Under the pieces are notes generated by a model, which made no database searches, was not told the DNA's origin, and saw nothing but the letters and a program-made list of their open reading frames with translations. From positions 146,679 to 210,678 of the forward strand of contig JAKLIQ010000001.1 in the NCBI GenBank assembly GCA_022709525.1: DNA of 64,000 nucleotides. The letters are read 5' to 3'. The position numbers and the translations under genes are program-made. Position 1 is the stretch's first letter, and the number at the start of each line of letters is the position of its first letter. This DNA is from Candidatus Omnitrophota bacterium. Its GTDB lineage: Bacteria > Omnitrophota > Omnitrophia > Omnitrophales > Aquincolibacteriaceae. Of the stretch, positions 19,102-29,230 are shown in pieces.

Positions 19102-20225
19102 ATTCTTTAATCTCTCTTTTACCGGCATTAATTGTTTTTGGCATTCTGATCATTGTTCATGAGTTCGGCCATTTTATCGCCTGCCGTCTGTCGAAAGTCC
19201 GCGTTGAAAAATTCTCGATCGGGTTCGGGCCGGAGCTTTTCCATTGGCAATCCAAGGAGACGCGCTTTTCAATCTCGATCTTTCCGCTCGGAGGTTTCGT
19301 GACTCCCGCAGGCGAAGAGGCCTCCAAAGTCAGTCCCGAAGGCCCGAAGCCAGGCGATTTTTTGGCGGCGCCGGTGCTTTCGAGGATCTTTATCGTGGTC
19401 TCCGGCGTGATCATGAATTATGTGCTCGCATTTCTGGTGTTCTGGACTGTTTTTATGATCGGCCGGCCGATGCCCGGCGCCGTGGTCGGAGGTTTCGTCA
19501 AAGGTTATCCGGCTGAGGCAAGCCGTTTAAAGGCCGGCGACAAGATCCTCATCGTGAACGATCAAGCCGTGACGCATTGGATGGATATATTAAAGGGTTT
19601 CGATGAAACGTCCGGGGCCGTGATCGATCTGACTGTCGAAAGACCGCGCGGGAACGCAAAACCCGAAATTCTTAAAATTCAGATCAAGCCCAAGATCGAA
19701 ACCATGCGGGATCCTTTCGGTAAAGTTGCCGAGGTAAAACGGGTCGGGATCACGCCGGATCCCAAAGTTTTCGTCAAAGAGCGTTACGATATCCTGCCCG
19801 CGCTAAAAAAAGCATGGGATCTTGAAGTTTCCTACACCGTTCTGACGCATAAAGCGCTTTTTTATCTGGTAACGGGGCAGTTGTCGCCTAAGAACCTCAT
19901 GGGGCCTCTCGGCATCATCCAGATGAGCGGCCAGGCCGCGCAGGCGGGGATCGTCGTCTTGTTGCAGCTCTTGGCGATCTTAAGCGTCTCGCTTGCGGTC
20001 ATCAATCTTTTGCCGTTCCCGGCGCTGGACGGAGGCCATCTTGTTTTTCTTTTGATCGAGCTTATTACCCGAAGACGCATTAGTCCTGTTTTGCAGGAAA
20101 GGATTACCACGGGCGGCTTCATTCTCCTCATGGCGCTCATGGTTTTCGTGATCTATAATGATGCCGTGAATCTTTCGATCCTCGACAAACTGAAAAACCT
20201 GTTTCATTTTAATGTAAGACCCTAG
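19098..20225 (+). CDS. rseP: RIP zinc metalloprotease (site-2 protease)
   Basis: HEFGHF motif in TM1, a PDZ-like middle region and a C-terminal LDGG motif. ATG at 19098. Conserved position after dxr. Confidence 0.8.
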   Translation: MNSLISLLPALIVFGILIIVHEFGHFIACRLSKVRVEKFSIGFGPELFHWQSKETRFSISIFPLGGFVTPAGEEASKVSPEGPKPGDFLAAPVLSRIFIVVSGVIMNYVLAFLVFWTVFMIGRPMPGAVVGGFVKGYPAEASRLKAGDKILIVNDQAVTHWMDILKGFDETSGAVIDLTVERPRGNAKPEILKIQIKPKIETMRDPFGKVAEVKRVGITPDPKVFVKERYDILPALKKAWDLEVSYTVLTHKALFYLVTGQLSPKNLMGPLGIIQMSGQAAQAGIVVLLQLLAILSVSLAVINLLPFPALDGGHLVFLLIELITRRRISPVLQERITTGGFILLMALMVFVIYNDAVNLSILDKLKNLFHFNVRP

Positions 20226-20227
20226 TT

Positions 20228-20265
20228 CACACCCGGTGTGTACACCAGTGTACACACCGGGTGTG
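20228..20265. repeat. perfect 38-nt palindromic element (RPE/REP-like), intergenic copy
   Basis: cacacccggtgtgtacac-ca-gtgtacacaccgggtgtg has perfect 18-bp arms. It lies exactly between the rseP stop and the proS start. The same unit recurs at 63151-63194 inside a kinase ORF. Confidence 0.7.
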
Positions 20266-20287
20266 GAGGTGGGTGGAGAGGGAAAAC

Positions 20288-21970
20288 ATGCGTTGGACAC
20301 AGACCCTGATCCCGAGTCTTCGGAATGTTCCCAAAGATGCCGAGGCCATCAGTCACCAGCTCGCCCTCCGGGCCGGGCTCATCCGCCAGCTTTCCTCGGG
20401 TGTTTACAGTTATTTGCCGCTCGGTTTCCGCGTCCTTCAAAAGATCATCGGGATCATCCGCGAGGAGATGAACCGCGCCGGCGCCTGCGAGGTGCTCATG
20501 CCCGCGCTTCATCCCGCCGAGATCTGGAAAAAATCCGGCCGCTACGAAACGCTCGGCGAAGACAAAATTTCCTTTAAGAACCGCTCAGGCCATGAATTTG
20601 TGCTTGGGCCGACGCATGAAGAGATCATCACCGATCTTGTCGGCACCAATATCAAATCTTTTCGCGATCTGCCGCTTAATCTTTATCAGATCCAGACCAA
20701 ATTCCGCGACGAAGCCCGCCCGCGTTTCGGCGTGATCCGCACCAAGGAATTCATCATGAAGGACGCCTACAGTTTTGATATTGACGAAAAAGGGCTCGAT
20801 CTGAATTATCAGAAAATGAACGACGCTTATCACCGGATCTTCACGCGCTGCGGCCTGAAATTCCAGGTCGTGAACGCGGATACGGGCATGATGGGCGGCA
20901 AGATGAGCCAGGAATTCATGGTGATCTGCCCCTACGGGGAAGACCGCGTCGCGAGTTCCGAAGGCGGCTATATCGCAAGCCAGGACATCGCCGGCCGCGG
21001 CGACCCGCATCTGAAGACGCCGGCGCCGAAATCTTCCAAACCGGAAGCTTTCGATACGCCAAACCTCCGCACGATCGAAGAGATCTCGCATAAATATAAA
21101 GTTCTTCCGCATCAAATGATCAAAACCTTGATCTATATGGCGGACGGAAAACCGGTCGCCGCGCTTGTGACAGGTGACAGTGAAGTCAATGAAAGCAAGC
21201 TGCGGAAGTTGACCGGCGCGAAGGAATTACGCCAGGCGGACGGGCCTGAGATCCAAGAGGCGACGGGAGCTCCCGTCGGATTCGCGGGGCCCGTGGGGCT
21301 TAAAATACCCGTTTACGCGGATTGGGATATTCTCGGGATCGCGGACGGCGTGACCGGCGCCAATGAAAAAGACAAACACTTGAAAGGCGTGACCATCGGC
21401 CGCGACTTCAAACCGACCGCAACCGGAGATATCCGTTTTGTCAAAGACGGCGATCTTGCTCCGGACGGAAAAGGTAAACTGACGCTTACGACCAGTATGG
21501 AGATCGGACACATTTTCAAACTCGGGATCCGTTATTCGGAATCGATCGGCGCGTATTTCCTGGATGAAAAAGGCGAACGCAAACCCGCGATCATGGGTTG
21601 CTATGGGATCGGCGTGAACCGCATCCTCGCGGCTGCCATCGAACAGCATCATGACACCAAAGGGATCCAGTGGCCCGAAGCGATCGCGCCTTTTGCCGCG
21701 GAGATCATCACGGTCAACCAAAATGACGAGAAGGTCCGGGCGGCCGCCGAAAAAATTTATGAAGAACTGACAGCCGCTGGCGCGGAAGTCCTTTATGACG
21801 ACCGCGATGAACGGGCCGGCGTGAAATTCAATGATGCGGACCTGGTCGGGATCCCCAAACAGATCGTGATCGGCGAGCGCAATTTGAAAGACGGTAAAGT
21901 TGAAATTAAAGATCGCGCTGCTGGCGCCACAAAAGTCGTTGATCTTGTTTCTGTTATCTCTTCACTTTAG
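20288..21970 (+). CDS. proS: prolyl-tRNA synthetase
   Basis: Class II aaRS motifs, an anticodon-binding domain and C-terminal similarity. ATG at 20288 (MRWTQTLIPSL). The ORF track's upstream start lies within the palindrome. Confidence 0.9.
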   Translation: MRWTQTLIPSLRNVPKDAEAISHQLALRAGLIRQLSSGVYSYLPLGFRVLQKIIGIIREEMNRAGACEVLMPALHPAEIWKKSGRYETLGEDKISFKNRSGHEFVLGPTHEEIITDLVGTNIKSFRDLPLNLYQIQTKFRDEARPRFGVIRTKEFIMKDAYSFDIDEKGLDLNYQKMNDAYHRIFTRCGLKFQVVNADTGMMGGKMSQEFMVICPYGEDRVASSEGGYIASQDIAGRGDPHLKTPAPKSSKPEAFDTPNLRTIEEISHKYKVLPHQMIKTLIYMADGKPVAALVTGDSEVNESKLRKLTGAKELRQADGPEIQEATGAPVGFAGPVGLKIPVYADWDILGIADGVTGANEKDKHLKGVTIGRDFKPTATGDIRFVKDGDLAPDGKGKLTLTTSMEIGHIFKLGIRYSESIGAYFLDEKGERKPAIMGCYGIGVNRILAAAIEQHHDTKGIQWPEAIAPFAAEIITVNQNDEKVRAAAEKIYEELTAAGAEVLYDDRDERAGVKFNDADLVGIPKQIVIGERNLKDGKVEIKDRAAGATKVVDLVSVISSL

Positions 21971-21995
21971 TTTCAGCTACATGCTGGGACTTGTT

Positions 21996-22070
21996 CCTCG
22001 GGACTAGGGACTCGTTCGGTTCTTTGCGGCTTTTTCGAGTCCCGAGACGCTAGTCCCGAGTCTCGTTTTT
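21996..22070 (+). terminator. complex intrinsic terminator after proS
   Basis: Imperfect inverted repeat, cctcgggactagggactcg (21996-22014) against cgagtcccgagacgctagtcccgagtctcg (22036-22065), followed by TTTTT. Confidence 0.5.
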
Positions 22071-23150
22071 ATGATCTGGCCTAAAAAATTCATCCACATC
22101 GATATGGACGCGTTCTTTGCTGCGGTCGAGCAACGCGACCGACCGGAACTTAAAGGGAAGCCCGTGATCGTGGGCGGGAATCCGCAAAGCCGCAGCGTCG
22201 TGAGCACCTGTTCCTATGAAGCGCGCAAATTCGGCATTCATTCCGCGATGCCGACCGCGCAAGCCAAACGGCTTTGCCCGCAGGGCATTTTCCTTTATCC
22301 CGATTTCGAAAAATACAGCGCTGTTTCAAAGACCGTCATGGGCATTCTTCACACCTACACGCCGCTTGTGGAGCAGGTGTCGCTGGATGAGGCCTATCTC
22401 GATGTTTTGGAAAACAAACTCAAACTTGCCGATCCGGTCAAGCTCGCCGGATTGATCAAGCAGCATATTTTTGCCGCGACGCGATTGACCGCCTCGGCCG
22501 GCGTTGCGCCCGCCATGTTCCTTGCGAAGATCGCTTCCGATATGGAAAAACCGGACGGGCTTACCGTGGTTTTTCCCGACAAAATCCTCGATTTCCTCAA
22601 GGACCTTCCGGTGCGGAAGATCCCGGGCGTCGGGCCGCGTACCGAAGAGATCCTTCACGGGATGACGCTTTATACTTGCGGGGACTTGTGGGGCGCCGAT
22701 CCTAAAAACCTCTGCGCGAGGCTCGGAAAATGGGGACTGGAACTTTTCCATAAAGCGCGCGGCGAGGAGCGGCGCGGCGTCGACCCGCATTGGGAACGAA
22801 CCCAGCTCAGCGAAGAAGAAACCTTCGCCAAAGACATCGCGGACATCCCCTGGCTTAAGCGCAAGCTCGCCCAGCTGGCCGAACACGTTTTTTACGGTCT
22901 TCAGCACGAAGGAAGAACGGGACGCACGGTCGTTCTTAAAGTCAAATATCATGATTTCGAACAGATCACGCGCTCCAAAACGCTTGCTGCGCCGCCGCAG
23001 GATTGGCATATCCTTCATGAGATCGCCTGCGACCTTTTAAAAAAGAAAACCCTGGCGGGCCGCAAGCCCATCCGGCTTCTCGGGCTCGGGATCAGCGGGT
23101 TAAGGGATAAGGATGAAGTGCCCGCCGCGATGCAGGGCGAGCTTTTTTAG
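22071..23150 (+). CDS. dinB: DNA polymerase IV (Y-family)
   Basis: N-terminal IHIDMDAFFAAVEQRD catalytic motif and a SLDEAYLD motif, with Y-family palm/fingers similarity. Confidence 0.85.
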   Translation: MIWPKKFIHIDMDAFFAAVEQRDRPELKGKPVIVGGNPQSRSVVSTCSYEARKFGIHSAMPTAQAKRLCPQGIFLYPDFEKYSAVSKTVMGILHTYTPLVEQVSLDEAYLDVLENKLKLADPVKLAGLIKQHIFAATRLTASAGVAPAMFLAKIASDMEKPDGLTVVFPDKILDFLKDLPVRKIPGVGPRTEEILHGMTLYTCGDLWGADPKNLCARLGKWGLELFHKARGEERRGVDPHWERTQLSEEETFAKDIADIPWLKRKLAQLAEHVFYGLQHEGRTGRTVVLKVKYHDFEQITRSKTLAAPPQDWHILHEIACDLLKKKTLAGRKPIRLLGLGISGLRDKDEVPAAMQGELF

Positions 23151-23172
23151 GGTCCATCCCACCTCATACAAT

Positions 23173-23472
23173 CATCCAAAAGGCTCCGGGCTCGAGCCCT
23201 CGTCAACACTTCGGGAATCCCCGGCGTGGATTCCCTCGTTCGGTCTCACTCCTCGCTCCCTGCTACGCAGGACCATGCCCGCTCGTCGTTCGAACGCGCC
23301 TTAGGCTCAACCCTCCGCCTTTTGTTTGAGCGTAGTCGGGAGTGTGTGTTAAACGGCGTAAGGAGGCCCGAGCGCCACGGTTTTCCAGCGAGGGCCGACG
23401 CTCCGAGTGTCGCCATGCCACGGTGGGACATGGCAAACGCCCGTGAAACACACACTCCCCGACGGAACGATA
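23173..23472 (+). repeat. ~300-nt structured repeat element, copy 2
   Basis: Homologous to 4701-5004 in the same orientation. Lies between dinB and leuC. Internal ORFs look spurious. Confidence 0.6.
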
Positions 23473-23554
23473 GATCTATAGAAAATTACTGCCCGAATGG
23501 AATGTGCTCCAGTAGACTTTTGAACTTTTCGAATCCGTTCGAACTCGCTATACT

Positions 23555-24976
23555 ATGGCCCTTATGCCAAAAACACTCTTCGAAAAAATATGGGACGCGC
23601 ATATCGTCAAACAATTCACCGACGGCACCGTCCTTCTTTATATTGACCGCCAGCTGGTCCATGAAGTGACAAGCGCCCAGGCCTTCGAAGGTCTTCGCCT
23701 CGCGGGCCGCAAGGTCCGTCATCCGGAGCTCACGTTCGCCACGATGGACCACAACGTCCCGACCGACCAGGACCGTTTTAATATAAAAGACCTCATCGCC
23801 AAGGCGTCGCTTGAAGCGCTTTCAAAGAATTGCAAGGAATTCGGCGTCACGCTTTATGATCTTCATAGCGACATGCAGGGCGTGGTCCACATCGTAGGGC
23901 CGGAACTCGGGATCACGCTTCCGGGGACGACGATCGTTTGCGGCGACTCGCACACCGCGACGCACGGCGCTTTCGGCGCGCTCGCGTTCGGGATCGGAAC
24001 TTCGGAAGTTGAACATGTGCTCGCGACGCAATGCCTTCATACCAAAAAACCAAAAACCTTCCGAGTGGAATTTACGGGGAAGATCCAGGAACCGGTTTCC
24101 GCCAAAGATATGATCCTGAAATTGATCGGGATGATCGGCACGGCGGGCGCGACCAGCTGTGTGGTCGAATACTGCGGTGAGGCGATCCGCGCTTTATCAA
24201 TGGAATCCCGCATGACCGTCTGCAACATGACGATCGAAGCGGGCGCCCGGGCCGGTATGATCGCGCCGGATGAAACCACGTTTCGTTATATCGCCGAAGG
24301 GAATCGGCCGTTCGCGCCTAAGGGAAAAGATCTCGAAAAAGCCAAAGCCTATTGGAAGACTCTTTTTACCGATCCGGGAGCGGCATTCGATAAAGAACTC
24401 AAGATCGACGCTTCCAAGATCGCGCCGCAAGTGACCTGGGGAACAAGCCCCGGTATGGTCACGGACGTGGACGGCCGCGTGCCGGAACCGGATCAGGTTC
24501 CCGGCTACAGCCGCTCGGATGTCGAACAAGCCTTGAAATATATGGGGCTTAGATCGGGAACGCCCATCACGGATATCAAGATCGATACTGTTTTCATCGG
24601 AAGCTGCACGAACGGCCGGATCGAGGATCTCCGCATCGCGGCTAAATATCTGAAAGGCCAAAAGATCGCAAAAGGCGTCCGCGTGCTCGTGGTCCCGGGT
24701 TCGCAGCAAGTCAAAAAGCAGGCCGAAGCGGAGGGCCTTGATAAGATCTTTCTAGCCGCGGGCTGCGAATGGCGCTACGCGGGATGCAGTATGTGCCTTG
24801 CCATGAATCCGGATCAGTTAAAACCCGGCGAACGCTGCGCGGCGACATCCAACCGAAATTTTGAAGGACGCCAGGGAAAAGGCGGCCGGACGCATTTGGT
24901 CGGCGCCGAAATGGCCGCTGCGGCCGCGATCGCGGGACATTTTGTCGATATCCGGAAATGGAAGGTGAAACCATGA
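23555..24976 (+). CDS. leuC: 3-isopropylmalate dehydratase large subunit
   Basis: Aconitase-family large subunit with Fe-S ligand cysteines (GSCTNGR, CGPC-like CSMC). Confidence 0.9.
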   Translation: MALMPKTLFEKIWDAHIVKQFTDGTVLLYIDRQLVHEVTSAQAFEGLRLAGRKVRHPELTFATMDHNVPTDQDRFNIKDLIAKASLEALSKNCKEFGVTLYDLHSDMQGVVHIVGPELGITLPGTTIVCGDSHTATHGAFGALAFGIGTSEVEHVLATQCLHTKKPKTFRVEFTGKIQEPVSAKDMILKLIGMIGTAGATSCVVEYCGEAIRALSMESRMTVCNMTIEAGARAGMIAPDETTFRYIAEGNRPFAPKGKDLEKAKAYWKTLFTDPGAAFDKELKIDASKIAPQVTWGTSPGMVTDVDGRVPEPDQVPGYSRSDVEQALKYMGLRSGTPITDIKIDTVFIGSCTNGRIEDLRIAAKYLKGQKIAKGVRVLVVPGSQQVKKQAEAEGLDKIFLAAGCEWRYAGCSMCLAMNPDQLKPGERCAATSNRNFEGRQGKGGRTHLVGAEMAAAAAIAGHFVDIRKWKVKP

Positions 24977-25614
24977 AAGCTTTTGAGAATTTCAGGGGTT
25001 TGATCCTGCCGCTGGACCGGGCAAATATCGATACGGATGCCATTATCCCGAAACAATTCCTGAAATCCATTTCGCGGACGGGATTTGAGGACGCGCTTTT
25101 CCATGACTGGCGCTATCTTCCGGACGGGAAGCCCGATCCTCAATTCATTTTAAACCATGAAGAATATCAGAATGCGACGATCCTCTTGGCGCGTAATAAC
25201 TTCGGATGCGGGTCAAGCCGCGAGCACGCCGTTTGGGCGATCTGCCAGTACGGGTTCCGGGTCGTGATCGCTCCCTCGGCGGGAGAGGGCAAGAACCGGA
25301 TCCCGGGGTTTGCCGATATTTTCAGGAATAACAGCGTCAAGAACGGACTTTTAACGATCGAGCTTTCCGAAGAGGAAGTTGAAAAAATATTTCGGGCGGC
25401 CAAGCAAGAACACCGTCTCGAAGCCACGGTCCATTTGACGGATCAGACCGTGATGCTTCATGCATCTCAAGAAATGTCCTTCCATTTTGAGATCGATCCG
25501 GCGGTCAAAGAACGTTTTCTCCTCGGTCTCGACGATATCGGGATCACACTCAAAGAAGAAGCCGCGATCACGGCTTTTGAAAAAAAGCACGACACCCAAT
25601 TCATCAAGCGCTGA
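24973..25614 (+). CDS. leuD: 3-isopropylmalate dehydratase small subunit
   Basis: Aconitase swivel-domain similarity. ATG at 24973 (MKAFENF) overlaps the leuC stop (ATGA). Confidence 0.85.
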   Translation: MKAFENFRGLILPLDRANIDTDAIIPKQFLKSISRTGFEDALFHDWRYLPDGKPDPQFILNHEEYQNATILLARNNFGCGSSREHAVWAICQYGFRVVIAPSAGEGKNRIPGFADIFRNNSVKNGLLTIELSEEEVEKIFRAAKQEHRLEATVHLTDQTVMLHASQEMSFHFEIDPAVKERFLLGLDDIGITLKEEAAITAFEKKHDTQFIKR

Positions 25615-25776
25615 TTTTCCGCCGCTTTTTTCCAGCCCCCCGAACACCATAAGCCCAATCCCTTCTTTCATTAAGAAAAATCCCTGGTATGCCGAAGATA
25701 GAATGTAATATACTGCGGCAGATCTCATGAGAGCTCTGTTTGCATTCAGAACCTTCAACGGGAAGGGACTCGTCTT

Positions 25777-27126
25777 ATGCAAAAACTTAGCGGCCCAAGG
25801 ATCCAGATCATCCATCGCGGCGGTCAGAGCGTCCTCCAACCGCCGGCCCCCAAAAAAGAAACATCCTTTTTCAGTTTTTTCTCTTCTTCCGGCCCCGATC
25901 ACCGGGCGAAAACCGCCTCTACAGCCCTCAAGGAACCTGTTTTAAAGAAAACGCCCCCGTCGATTCCACAGGCCAACCTTGTCACGGTTGAAAATTGGGT
26001 CGCCATGGAAGAGAAGATCGTTCATGATTACACCGAGCGGAAAGCGGTCCTTCCGTCCAAGCCCGTTTCCCCCGCAACTTCGGCTAAAGGATTGGGATTA
26101 TTCCGGTTTTTAACCTCGCTAAGGTCCGCACTCTCAAAGCAAAACAAGACAGTCCCCGTTAAAGAATCTTTCCGAAAACCTTCTCCTCTTCGGATGCCTC
26201 GCATGCCGCAGATCGATCTTTCGAAGATCAAAAAATGGAGCGGCGCAGAAGAAAAAACCGTCGGGAAACTCATCGAAAAGAAAATAACCCCGGCGGCGCT
26301 CGCAACGTCGTCAACCAAGACGCCTGAACGCCCGGCGCCGGCCGCTTTTGAAGCGTTCAACACGAGGACGACCGTTTCTTTAAATACCGTCAAGCCGTCT
26401 TCCAAAGTTGAACCCAAAGGATCCTTTAAGATCTCATGGACGGCGCTTCTTTTGCCGGGATGGGTTTTGGCGGGGGTTTTGGTTTTTTTGGTGACCCAGG
26501 AATTTTTTAAAAATCAGGAAATGTCCTCACAGCTTGCGCAAGTGACAAGCACAAAAAATTGGCTCGAGCGTTCCTACGCGGATCTGAAACAATCCTCCGT
26601 GGAAAAAAGCGCCGAGATCCAGTGGCTCAATAGCCAGATCCGCGAAATGACCGAAGAATTAAGCGCGGTCAAAGGTCAGAGGGATGCTTATAAAGCCGAC
26701 ATCGCGCGTCTCACGGCGCGTTACGAATCCGAACTTAATCGGTTGCGCGATGACCTTTCCACTAAAGATGCGGTTGTGAGCGGCCTTAAGGCGCAGATCC
26801 GGGCCTTTGAGGGGATCCTTGATAAAGGAGGCATTGCGGCTGTTCCAGGGGCTGTTTCCCAAGTTTTTTCTTCCCAAGCCGAAGGTCCCTCCTCGATGGC
26901 GCGAAGCAGGGTCGTGGAAATCAACGTTCGGCAAGGCTTTTTAGTGATCGATGCAGGCTACGAGCAAGGGATCGATTACGGGGCTTCGGTTGTGATTTCA
27001 AGGGGCGGAAGAGGGCTTACGATGGGCCGCGTCGATCGGGTCTATCCCACCATGTCTACCGTGATCGTTCCGGATAAAAAAATCTTAAATAATATTTTCG
27101 AAGGCGACAGCGTTTCATTTACATAA
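25777..27126 (+). CDS. hypothetical bitopic coiled-coil protein with C-terminal beta-rich domain (possible novel pilus-associated component)
   Basis: Pro/Ser/Lys-rich N-terminal region, one TM helix (WTALLLPGWVLAGVLVFLV), ~90 aa of coiled coil, and a C-terminal domain (VVEINVRQGFLVIDAGYEQGIDYGASVVISRGG...VDRVYPTMSTVIV). Lies immediately upstream of pilMN. The start codon is uncertain. Confidence 0.45.
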   Translation: MQKLSGPRIQIIHRGGQSVLQPPAPKKETSFFSFFSSSGPDHRAKTASTALKEPVLKKTPPSIPQANLVTVENWVAMEEKIVHDYTERKAVLPSKPVSPATSAKGLGLFRFLTSLRSALSKQNKTVPVKESFRKPSPLRMPRMPQIDLSKIKKWSGAEEKTVGKLIEKKITPAALATSSTKTPERPAPAAFEAFNTRTTVSLNTVKPSSKVEPKGSFKISWTALLLPGWVLAGVLVFLVTQEFFKNQEMSSQLAQVTSTKNWLERSYADLKQSSVEKSAEIQWLNSQIREMTEELSAVKGQRDAYKADIARLTARYESELNRLRDDLSTKDAVVSGLKAQIRAFEGILDKGGIAAVPGAVSQVFSSQAEGPSSMARSRVVEINVRQGFLVIDAGYEQGIDYGASVVISRGGRGLTMGRVDRVYPTMSTVIVPDKKILNNIFEGDSVSFT

Positions 27127-27162
27127 TTTACATTTAAAAAAGCGCGGAGACCTCAAAAGATC

Positions 27163-28671
27163 ATGGCAAAAGGAGTAGGCGTTTACATCGGAAACAATGA
27201 AGTGATCGCTGTTTCGACGGCCTATGTCAGCATGACGCCCGTGATCAAAAGTTTCGCGATCGAGCCTATTAACCCCGAAGCCCCTCAAGAGCCCATGATT
27301 GGCAAAGAGGCTCACAAATTTAAAAAATTAAGTCCAGAATCCCGAGCTATTGTTAAAGCCCTGGAAAAAATCAAAGAACCCGGGGCGTATGTCAACGCTG
27401 CTATCAGTCCCTCTCAGGTCGCAACACGTCATTTTATTATGCCGGCCGTCCCCAAAAAGGACGAACCCGGCGCGGTCCGGCATGAAGCCAGCCGCTACAT
27501 TCCGTTCAAGATCTCCGAATCCATCATCGATTACCATGCGCAGATGACCCATCGGAATGTATTCTCCGTGACGGCTTCCGCGGTCCGCGCCGAGGTCCTC
27601 GAAAAATATCTTGAAGACCTTCGCGCCGCTTCAACGAAAGTCCTCATGATCGAACCGGCCTATACCGCGGTCGCGCGCGGATTTGCCGCTCTCAATATGG
27701 CCCGGAAGATGAAAGCCAACGGGTTCGTGATCCTTCAATCCGACGGGAACGTCAATATCACCCTCGCTTCCAAGGGGATCGTTTATCTTTCCCGGGATTT
27801 TATCTTAAGCGGGAAGATCGACGAGGATAAAAACCGTTTTGCCGAGGAGCTTAGGGCTTCGCTTGATTATTTTTATAAGTTGACCGGCGGCGAGGCGATC
27901 GAGCAGATCTTTTTGGCCGGAGCTGGGGATTTTAAAGTGTGGATCGAACATTTGGAGCACGCGTTCAATTATACGATCCGTTTTGATGTCGCGCAGCTAC
28001 CCAGCGCCAAGAATATAACGCCCGAAAATCTCAATATGATCCTAGCCGCTTTTGGAGCGTCGCTCCGGTCTTTGGGGTACAGCTCGCCCCTAGGAGAGAT
28101 CAAATTATTGCCTAAGGATGAGCGCCGGTCGAGCTTGAAGAATTTTTTGATATTCCTTGGGATCGAGTGTCTGGCTATTCTTATTTTATTCGCAGCGGTC
28201 CGGTTTGTGATTTTTCAGCCCTATTTAATGCATTTACAGGCTCGCAGCGAAGCTGTTCTTGGAAATGCGAACCGTGAAAATCCGAACTACGCTTCTTTGT
28301 CTCTCGAAAGTCTTACCGCGGAAAGAGAAAAGCTGGGCGCTCGTGTCCGGCAATTAAAAACTTTTTTTGGAGATAAATATCCAACTTCTGTTTTTCTAAT
28401 GAGTTTGGGACAGGGGTTGCCGCAGTCCATTAAATTAGAATATGTTTCGCTGGAAAAGGAACCCGGAAAAGCGAAGAAGCGCCTGAATATACGAGGGACC
28501 TGTTCTTTGGGGAACGCCGAAAAAGAAACATTGATCGTCAGCAGTTGGGTAAAATCTCTTTCAGCAAGGAAAGTGATGGCCGATAGTTTTAGCGAGATCA
28601 AGCTGGAGGAGATCAAGCGTGAAAAGACCCAGGATCGAGGAATAACCCGCTTCAGGGTAGTCGGGGAATAA
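27163..28671 (+). CDS. type IV pilus assembly PilM-PilN fusion protein
   Basis: N-terminal actin-like PilM region (ASRYIPFKISESIIDYHAQ matches the PilM pattern), then a TM segment and a PilN-like periplasmic coiled-coil domain. 502 aa. Confidence 0.6.
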   Translation: MAKGVGVYIGNNEVIAVSTAYVSMTPVIKSFAIEPINPEAPQEPMIGKEAHKFKKLSPESRAIVKALEKIKEPGAYVNAAISPSQVATRHFIMPAVPKKDEPGAVRHEASRYIPFKISESIIDYHAQMTHRNVFSVTASAVRAEVLEKYLEDLRAASTKVLMIEPAYTAVARGFAALNMARKMKANGFVILQSDGNVNITLASKGIVYLSRDFILSGKIDEDKNRFAEELRASLDYFYKLTGGEAIEQIFLAGAGDFKVWIEHLEHAFNYTIRFDVAQLPSAKNITPENLNMILAAFGASLRSLGYSSPLGEIKLLPKDERRSSLKNFLIFLGIECLAILILFAAVRFVIFQPYLMHLQARSEAVLGNANRENPNYASLSLESLTAEREKLGARVRQLKTFFGDKYPTSVFLMSLGQGLPQSIKLEYVSLEKEPGKAKKRLNIRGTCSLGNAEKETLIVSSWVKSLSARKVMADSFSEIKLEEIKREKTQDRGITRFRVVGE

Positions 28672-28675
28672 GAGA

Positions 28676-29230
28676 ATGATGAACGCGTTTGGAATAAAAT
28701 TCAAAGAGCAACAGCGAGAACAGGCGGTTATGGTCGCGGTGGGGGTAGCTATGTTGATCGCATGTTATGCCCTGATCATACAGCCCGTTTTTAAAAATGT
28801 TACCGCGTTAAGGCAGGAAGTCTTCGATTCCCAAAAAAGGCTGGATCTTTATCAGGAGATCGAGATTTCCAAGGGGAGTTTGAGGGATCTCGAAAGTTCG
28901 CTTGTGACGATGAAAGACCGGTCTCTTTTTCTTGGAAAAATATCGGACCTTGCGAGCCAGAGCCAGTTAAATGTTCAGACTTTGACCCCCAGGACGCAGG
29001 CCGAGGGGGATTACAGCAAGCTGAGCGTTGAATTAGAAGGGAAAGGATCTTTTTTTGCTTTGCTCAAATTCCTAAAAGCGCTGGAAGGAGGAGGCATCAG
29101 TCTTTCGATCAAGAGTATTTCTTTGCTGCGGCAGAGTTCTCTTCGGAAAGAAGAAGAAAAATATCCTCTCCAGATCCAGATCGACATGGGGACCATCTTA
29201 AAATCACAGGCTAAGAAAACCAATGACTAA
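28676..29230 (+). CDS. PilO-like pilus assembly protein
   Basis: N-terminal TM helix, coiled coil and a C-terminal ELEGKGSFFALLKFLKALE motif typical of PilO/GspM-like proteins. Confidence 0.5.
   Translation: MMNAFGIKFKEQQREQAVMVAVGVAMLIACYALIIQPVFKNVTALRQEVFDSQKRLDLYQEIEISKGSLRDLESSLVTMKDRSLFLGKISDLASQSQLNVQTLTPRTQAEGDYSKLSVELEGKGSFFALLKFLKALEGGGISLSIKSISLLRQSSLRKEEEKYPLQIQIDMGTILKSQAKKTND

Noticed and set aside
20236-20577. ORFs 20236-20577 (+) and 20222-20512 (-) spanning the rseP-proS palindrome
   Set aside because: They arise from the palindrome and the 5' end of proS read out of frame. proS has a strongly supported start at 20288.
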